From Candidatus Methylomirabilota bacterium (lineage in GTDB: Bacteria; Methylomirabilota; Methylomirabilia; Rokubacteriales; CSP1-6): a stretch of DNA of 64,000 nucleotides. The stretch spans positions 1 to 64,000 of the forward strand of contig JBKPAK010000096.1 in assembly GCA_046726415.1 (NCBI GenBank). The letters are read 5' to 3'. The notes under the pieces were generated by a model, which worked only from the letters and a program-made list of their open reading frames with translations, did no database searches and was not told the DNA's origin. Positions 58,311 to 64,000 of this stretch are shown one piece after another (the stretch's first letter is position 1; each line of letters begins with the position of its first letter). The position numbers and the translations under genes are program-made.

Positions 58311-58346
58311 GCGGGCGCCACGCGTTCGGCCTGCCCTGGGTCTGAG
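58290..58346 (+). repeat. direct duplication of the TatD gene 3' end including the stop (22 bp, period 35)
   Basis: ttcggtctgccctgggtctgag (58290-58311) vs ttcggcctgccctgggtctgag (58325-58346). Confidence 0.9.
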
Positions 58347-58487
58347 GAGCGCAATGCCGTTTGGATTCCGGCCGCGCCCGCCCGCTGACCCCGCACCTTC
58401 GGGCCGACGCATCCTTCGGTCGGAGTGCCGAACTCCTCAGTGCCGGTGCTGCCCTGGCGGTTGAAAGCGGTGGCCGCCACACTCCAC

Positions 58488-59288
58488 TCAGCTGACGGCG
58501 CCTGCCGCCGCGGCAATCGCGATGACCCCGGCCAGGGCTAGGCGATAGATCACGAACGGCAGCAGTGACCGGGTGCGCAGGTAGTTCACCAGGAACCACA
58601 CCGCGCACCAACCGCTGGCGAAGGCCACCAGCACCGCCACCAGCAGCGGCCCTCCGTCGCCGGGTGCCACGCCCTGGCGCAGGAGCTGGAGCATCTTGAA
58701 TCCTCCGGCGGCAGCGGTGATCGGAATGCTGAGCAGGAACGCGTAGCGGGCGGCGGTGGTCCGGTCGAGCCCCGTGAAGAGCCCGGTGGTGATGGTGATT
58801 CCCGAGCGCGAGGTGCCGGGAATCAACGCCAGAGCCTGGGCGCAGCCGATGGTGAATCCCTGCATCCACGCGAGCCGCTCGAGCGGCTCGCCACCCGCCG
58901 GTGGCGCCGCCCGCGCTCGTCGGTCGGCCGCCCCCATGACGATTCCCCAGCCCGCCGTGGTGATGGCGATCACCAAGGCTGAACGCACGTGCGTCTCGAT
59001 CCACTTCCCGAATAACAGTCCGGCCAGGCCGGCGGGAACCGTGGTGACCGCGATCATCAGGGCCAACCGCCGCGACAGCGTGCCGGCCAGCAGCGCCCGC
59101 AGCTCACCTCGGAAGTAGGCGAGCAGCGCGGCCAAGGTACCCAGGTGGGTGACGGCGTCGAACGCGAGGCCCTGGTCGGGCCAGCCGAAGACCAGCGGGA
59201 CCAGGATCAGGTGACCTGAGGAAGAGACCGGGAGAAACTCCGTCAGACCCTGGACCAGCCCCAGGACGATGCTCTGGCGGTAGCTCAC
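58488..59288 (-). CDS. uppP: undecaprenyl-diphosphate phosphatase
   Basis: QGLTEFLPVSSSGHL and PGTSRSG motifs. Confidence 0.96.
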   Translation of the reverse strand: MSYRQSIVLGLVQGLTEFLPVSSSGHLILVPLVFGWPDQGLAFDAVTHLGTLAALLAYFRGELRALLAGTLSRRLALMIAVTTVPAGLAGLLFGKWIETHVRSALVIAITTAGWGIVMGAADRRARAAPPAGGEPLERLAWMQGFTIGCAQALALIPGTSRSGITITTGLFTGLDRTTAARYAFLLSIPITAAAGGFKMLQLLRQGVAPGDGGPLLVAVLVAFASGWCAVWFLVNYLRTRSLLPFVIYRLALAGVIAIAAAAGAVS

Positions 59289-60118
59289 CCGACGATGTCC
59301 TCGCCGCCGTCCACGCCGATGATGTTTCCGGTCATCCAGGCGGTGTCCGGGTGGGCGAGAACGACGAGAGCACGGGCGACGTCAGCGGGCTTGGTCATGC
59401 GCCCCTGAGGGTTGCGGCGCTGCGCTTGGGCGGCAATCGACTCGTACCCGGGAATCTTCTGGGCGGCGGGGGTGGCGGTGACGCCCGCGCGAATGGCGTT
59501 GGCGGTGATCCCGAGCGGAGCCAGTTCGGCGGCGAGCTGTCGGACATGCGACTCCAGGGCCGCTTTGGCCGCTGACACCGGGCCGTAGTGGGGAAGGACC
59601 CGCGCGCCTCCGGAAGACGTCATGGCATACACCCGCCCGCCGCGCGTCATGAGCCCGCGGGCCACCAACTCCTGGGTCCAGTAGACGAGGCTGTGCGCCA
59701 TCACGTCGAGGGTCATGTCCATCTGCGCCGCGTTGACTGCATCCTTCATGGGATCGGCGATGTAGAGCTTGAGGGTCCCAAAGGCCAGGGAGTGAAGAAG
59801 GACGCGAACGCGTCCTCGCTCACCGCGTTCCTCGAGAACGCGGTCCATGGCGGCCACCGCCTCGGCGCGCTTGTCGGCGTCGGCCGCATTGATGTTGAAG
59901 AAGACCGCCTGGCGCCCGAGGTCGCGAATTTCGGCGGCGATGCGTTCGGCATTGGGGAGCGTGGCTTTGCGATCGAGGTGAACGCCGAAGATGTGGAGGC
60001 CGGCTCGCGCCAGGGCCACGCTGGCCGCCTCACCGAAACCCGAGGAGGCGCCCAGGATCAGCGCCCAACCCCTCAGGCAGATGGGGTCGCTCCAGTCAGC
60101 GGTGAGGTCGTCAGTCAC
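59285..60118 (-). CDS. SDR family oxidoreductase (FabL-like enoyl-ACP reductase)
   Basis: GASSGFG, YGPVSAAKAALE and GVDGG motifs; GTG at 60118. Confidence 0.85.
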   Translation of the reverse strand: MTDDLTADWSDPICLRGWALILGASSGFGEAASVALARAGLHIFGVHLDRKATLPNAERIAAEIRDLGRQAVFFNINAADADKRAEAVAAMDRVLEERGERGRVRVLLHSLAFGTLKLYIADPMKDAVNAAQMDMTLDVMAHSLVYWTQELVARGLMTRGGRVYAMTSSGGARVLPHYGPVSAAKAALESHVRQLAAELAPLGITANAIRAGVTATPAAQKIPGYESIAAQAQRRNPQGRMTKPADVARALVVLAHPDTAWMTGNIIGVDGGEDIVG

Positions 60119-60190
60119 GGGACGGCATTCTAGCATCGGCCAGGGCGAGACCGCCGCGCCGGCCCTGAAGCTGATAGAATTCGGGAAGCG

Positions 60191-60919
60191 ATGCCGCAGC
60201 TCGCGGGAATCATCCTTGTCGGCAATGAGATCCTCTCCGGCAAGGTTACCGACGTCAACGCCGCCTACCTCTGTCGCGAGTTGCGCGGTCTCGGGGTCGA
60301 CGTGCGACGCATCAGCGTGATCCCGGACGACGTGGACGAGATCGCCCGCGAGGTGGCGGCCTTCAGCGGCGCCTTCGATGTGGTCTTTACCTCGGGGGGT
60401 GTCGGTCCGACCCATGACGATGTGACCATCGAGGGCGTGGCCCGCGCCATGGGCGTTCGCGTGACGCGCCATCCGGCCTTGGTGGCCATGCTGGGGCGCT
60501 ACTACCAAGGCGTGCTGGCCGAGCCTCACCTCAAGATGGCGGAAGTCCCCGAGGGTGCCGAGTTGTTGGCCGATGGGAACGTGCGGTTCCCAACCATCCT
60601 CATGCGCAACGTGTACGTCCTGCCCGGGGTACCCGAGATTTTCCGCCAGAAGTTCGAGGCCTTGCGCGACCGCTTTCGCGATCAGCCGTTTCATCTGCGC
60701 CAGGTCTTCGTGCGCGTCGGCGAGGGTACCTTGGCGCCGTACCTGAACGATCTCCTGGTGGCCTTCCCGTCTCTGCTGCTGGGATCCTATCCCGAGTTTT
60801 CGAATCCGGAATACCGGGTCAAGGTCACCCTGGAGTCGCGTGATCCCACCTATCTGGAGGGCGCGCTGGCCGTGCTGCTCGAGCGCCTGCCGGAGAACGC
60901 CATCGTCCGCGTCGGCTAA
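60191..60919 (+). CDS. CinA-like molybdopterin-binding domain protein (MoCF_biosynth)
   Basis: VGNEILSG.V.D.N, SGGVGPTHDDVT and LPGVP motifs. Confidence 0.88.
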   Translation: MPQLAGIILVGNEILSGKVTDVNAAYLCRELRGLGVDVRRISVIPDDVDEIAREVAAFSGAFDVVFTSGGVGPTHDDVTIEGVARAMGVRVTRHPALVAMLGRYYQGVLAEPHLKMAEVPEGAELLADGNVRFPTILMRNVYVLPGVPEIFRQKFEALRDRFRDQPFHLRQVFVRVGEGTLAPYLNDLLVAFPSLLLGSYPEFSNPEYRVKVTLESRDPTYLEGALAVLLERLPENAIVRVG

Positions 60920-60964
60920 GGACATGAGAGGCCCGAGATCGCCGCACGCCCTTTCCGCGGCCGG

Positions 60965-61366
60965 CTATTCCGGCCGAGGAGCGAGGATGTGAGAGGCATG
61001 GTGCAGGATGAGCCGCCATCCGCCGGCGCGCTGCTCGAACGCATTGGTGGCGAGCACCGAGGTCACGGCAATGCGCCCGGCCACGCCCGACAGGATGTTC
61101 TCCCGGCAGGTCACCACGGCGAGGTCGGGCGTGGCCACCACCCGTACGTCGGAGATGGTGAAGCGCATCTCCTCGGTGCTGGCGAAGATCGCACCCCAGG
61201 AGTCGCGCACGGCCGCCCAGCCCTGCAACAGCGGCCAGCCCGGATGCACGCAGGTGACGTGCTCGCCGTGCGCCCACACCGCGTCCATCAGGTCGAGGTC
61301 GAGCGCCTCGAACGCTCGGTAGAACCGGGCATTAGCCGCCTCCACCTCGCGGGGGAGATCACTCAC
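60965..61366 (-). CDS. SnoaL-like/NTF2 family protein
   Basis: ANARFYRAFE, CVHPGW, ATNAF and WRLILHHAS motifs. Confidence 0.88.
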   Translation of the reverse strand: MSDLPREVEAANARFYRAFEALDLDLMDAVWAHGEHVTCVHPGWPLLQGWAAVRDSWGAIFASTEEMRFTISDVRVVATPDLAVVTCRENILSGVAGRIAVTSVLATNAFEQRAGGWRLILHHASHILAPRPE

Positions 61367-61505
61367 CGATGAAGCGTTGGCGCACCGCCCGCGGCGAGGA
61401 CGTCGTTTGCGTCGGGCCGCGGGACGTCACCGCGCGGGGGGAGCTGATGTCCGTCAGCGCGCAGCGCCACTGGTCCGCCACGACGCGAATGGTACCATCC
61501 GGATC

Positions 61506-62444
61506 ATGTTGGCCATCGAGATCCGCGACGTGGTCAAGACCTTTCGCATGGGTTGGCTGGGGCGCCGGGCCACCCCTGCCCTGCGGGGTGTTTCCCTTGA
61601 CGTGCAACGCGGAAGCATCTTCGGGCTGCTCGGGCCGAACGGCGCCGGGAAGACCACGCTCCTCTCGATCCTCGCCACCCTCCTCGAACCAGACGGAGGC
61701 GTGGTGAGGATACTGGGACACGACACGCGCCGCGAGGCGGCCCTCGTCCGGCGGCGCCTCAACATGGCCAGCGGCAATGCGTCGTTCGTGTGGAGCATGC
61801 GGGTGGGGGAGATCGTCGCGTTCTACGGACGCCTCTACGGCCTTACCGGCGCCGTGCTGCGCACGCGCGTGGACTCGCTCCTGGAATTGTGCGAGCTGGC
61901 CACCTACCGTCACGTCGCTTACCATGAGCTGTCCACGGGACTCAAGCAGCGACTGGCTCTGGCCAAGGCCTTGGTGAACGAGCCGGAGTTGCTGTTCCTG
62001 GACGAGCCGACGCTTGGCCTGGATCCCGATGTCTCGGTCCGGATCCGCGGGCGCGTCGCCGCGCTGCGGCGGGAGCGGGCCATGACCATCGTGCTCACCA
62101 CCCACTACATGCGGGAGGCCGAGGAGCTGTGCGACGAGATCGCCTTCATCAAGCGCGGGCAGATCCTGGCCCGCGGCACGGCCGACGACCTGAAGCGACA
62201 GATCCGCATCGGCGACGTCATCGCGTTCCGTCTCGAGCCCTCGCGGCGCGTTGCCGCGCTCGGGGGCCTGCCCGGAGTGCTGCGCTGTGAGGTGAGCGAT
62301 GGCTGGCTCACCTGCACCGTGGACACGGCGGAGAAGCGGCTGCCCGAACTGCTTCGCCTGTTCCACGAGGAGGGGACGATCGTCCGTGACCTCCAGGTGC
62401 GGGAGCCGGAGCTGGAGGAGGTGTTCGTTGAGCTGGCGCGGTGA
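61506..62444 (+). CDS. ABC exporter ATP-binding protein
   Basis: GPNGAGKTT, LSTGLKQRL, LDEPTLGLD and TTHYM motifs. Confidence 0.92.
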   Translation: MLAIEIRDVVKTFRMGWLGRRATPALRGVSLDVQRGSIFGLLGPNGAGKTTLLSILATLLEPDGGVVRILGHDTRREAALVRRRLNMASGNASFVWSMRVGEIVAFYGRLYGLTGAVLRTRVDSLLELCELATYRHVAYHELSTGLKQRLALAKALVNEPELLFLDEPTLGLDPDVSVRIRGRVAALRRERAMTIVLTTHYMREAEELCDEIAFIKRGQILARGTADDLKRQIRIGDVIAFRLEPSRRVAALGGLPGVLRCEVSDGWLTCTVDTAEKRLPELLRLFHEEGTIVRDLQVREPELEEVFVELAR

Positions 62445-63222
62445 GCTGGTGGCCATCTGGGCCTTTGCCCTGCGCAACTTGTTGATGGCCTCGCGGAATA
62501 TCTTCTTCGTGTTCGAGCTCGCCTTCTGGCCCGTGGTGGGCGTGCTGTCCATCGGCCTCATGTCCCGCTTCCTCACGTTGAACGAGGCCGAGGCCGCCTT
62601 CGTACTCACCGGGACCATCGCGCTGTCCACCGTGCAGGTCTGTCAGCTCGACGTGGCCTATGCCGTGCTCTTCGACGTGTGGAGCAAGTCCATGAAGCAT
62701 CAGTTCCTGGCGCCCATCGGGGTCCGCCACCTCACCACGGGATCGTGGCTCATCGGGGTGCTGCGAGGGATCCTCGTGTTTGCCCTGTTGGCCGGCCTGG
62801 CCCACGCCGCGTTCGGCTTCGACGCGCTCCGGGGTGGCCCGATGGCCCTGGGCATCTTTCTCCTCGGCTGTTTCCTGACCGCCTGGATCATCGGCGTGGC
62901 CGTATGCTCGCTGGTGATACTCTTCGGAACCCGCGCGGAGACCACGGCCTGGGCGAGCGTCAATTTTGTCCTCGTCCTCGCCGGCATCTACTACCCGGTC
63001 TCCGTCCTGCCGGCCCCGATCGTGCCGGTGTCGGCCGCCATTCCCCTGACGCACTTCCTGGATGCGTACCGCGCACACTTCGGCTTTCCGGCGGCTGACG
63101 GCTGGCCGGTGGCCACCGGGCTCGCCCTGTCTGGAATCTATCTCGGCCTGAGCCACTGGGGTTTCGTGGCCGCCGTCCGCCGTACGCGGCGCTCCGGACT
63201 CCTGTTGAGGATGTCGGAGTAG
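62428..63222 (+). CDS. ABC-2 type permease
   Basis: About six TM segments; GIYYPVSVLP...IPLTH. Confidence 0.85.
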   Translation: MSWRGELVAIWAFALRNLLMASRNIFFVFELAFWPVVGVLSIGLMSRFLTLNEAEAAFVLTGTIALSTVQVCQLDVAYAVLFDVWSKSMKHQFLAPIGVRHLTTGSWLIGVLRGILVFALLAGLAHAAFGFDALRGGPMALGIFLLGCFLTAWIIGVAVCSLVILFGTRAETTAWASVNFVLVLAGIYYPVSVLPAPIVPVSAAIPLTHFLDAYRAHFGFPAADGWPVATGLALSGIYLGLSHWGFVAAVRRTRRSGLLLRMSE

Positions 63223-63279
63223 GGACGATGGATGGGCTGGCACGCCGTGACTGTCCGAGGATACGTGACGACGGCGAAC

Positions 63280-63723
63280 ATGCCGGACACCGCTCGCGTC
63301 GATCCGCACGGCACTTTACGGGAGGCCTCCGCGCTGACGGACCATCGCCTGCTGCTACTTGTTGAGGACGAGCCCGACGTCGCGGCCTTCCTCCGCGACC
63401 TGTTCGAGCTTGACGGCTGGACGGTGGAGATCGTTGCCCACGGGCGCGATGCCCTGGCCCGCCTCCGGGAGTGCGAGTATCGCGTCATCGTGAGCGACCT
63501 CGTCATGCCGGAGCTCGACGGGGCCGCTCTGTACCGCGAGGTCGCCCGCTGGCGGCCGGAGCTGCTGCCCCGCTTTATCTTCATCTCGGGCTTCGCGGAT
63601 ACCGAGACGGCCGACTTCATCCGCCAGACCCGCGCCCCGATGATTTCGAAGCCCTTCCGCTTTGACGAGATCCGGACGGCCATCACGGAAGTCCTGGGAT
63701 CGGTTCCCCCGGCGATCAGCTGA
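63280..63723 (+). CDS. single-domain response regulator
   Basis: LVEDE, SDLVMPELDG, ISG and SKPF motifs. Confidence 0.88.
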   Translation: MPDTARVDPHGTLREASALTDHRLLLLVEDEPDVAAFLRDLFELDGWTVEIVAHGRDALARLRECEYRVIVSDLVMPELDGAALYREVARWRPELLPRFIFISGFADTETADFIRQTRAPMISKPFRFDEIRTAITEVLGSVPPAIS

Positions 63724-63729
63724 GGTCAC

Positions 63730-64000
63730 ATGGACGAGTATCTGTATCGCGAGCTGCTGGAGGGGTCGATCGAGGGAGTGTACATCCTCGATGAGGCGGG
63801 CGTGATCCGCACCGTGAACCAGGCGATGGCCGACCTGTTCGGTTACGGGCCCGGCGAGCTGATCGGCCAGCCGGGCACCATTCTCGTGGCGTCCCCTGAA
63901 CGAGAGCAACTCTCGCGCTACTATGAGGCCCGCTTGCGGGGCGAACACGCGCCGCGCCGGCATGCCTTCGAGGCGGTTCGCAAAGACGGCTCACACTTGT
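63730..64000 (+). CDS. PAS-domain sensor protein (3'-truncated by window edge)
   Basis: MDEYLYRELLEGSIEGVYILD...VNQAMADLFGY...ELIGQ...RKDGS. Confidence 0.8.
   Translation, partial: MDEYLYRELLEGSIEGVYILDEAGVIRTVNQAMADLFGYGPGELIGQPGTILVASPEREQLSRYYEARLRGEHAPRRHAFEAVRKDGSHL

Noticed and set aside
61367-61505. Small ORF or N-terminal extension between the SnoaL-like gene and the ABC ATPase
   Set aside because: No recognisable motif; the ABC gene has a good promoter and ATG at 61506

Overview
High-GC (roughly 70% by eye) bacterial chromosome segment, densely coding, with about 62 genes. Gene content and intergenic repeats resemble Rokubacteria/Methylomirabilota-type genomes, but this is an inference and was not checked. 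Contents in order: a partial PHP-domain gene; tetR plus futalosine-pathway menaquinone genes (mqnD, mqnC, mqnE); a TRAP transporter with an amidase; a housekeeping run (MaoC x2, ilvD, methyltransferase, queG, def, ferritin-like, SirB1, M48 protease); a roughly 23 kb catabolic/accessory tract (UbiD, acyl-CoA ligase, aminotransferase, two LLM oxygenases, AKR, MBL hydrolase, enolase-family dehydratase, Liv-type ABC transporter, orphan Mo-hydroxylase large subunit, RutE-like, MetE-like) holding four gene remnants; DNA-repair genes (mutT, short mutY, TIGR03916-like radical SAM); a TPP riboswitch with thiSGE; tldD-pmbA-TatD; uppP; an ABC exporter; and the start of a two-component locus. No transposase, integrase, CRISPR array, tRNA or rRNA was found. 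The most notable points are: (1) mqnD appears flipped at its CDS boundaries inside an otherwise co-oriented mqnE-mqnC-tetR unit that carries a palindromic operator; (2) at least four unrelated genes have 31-35 bp duplications of their own 3' end; (3) DctM carries a repeat-built insertion; (4) a 72-bp tandem array lies in a divergent promoter region; (5) there is a dispersed REP-like hairpin family; (6) ThiS ends in GGG-Ala; (7) many genes look leaderless behind extended -10 promoters. No complete novel multi-gene system could be demonstrated from sequence alone.
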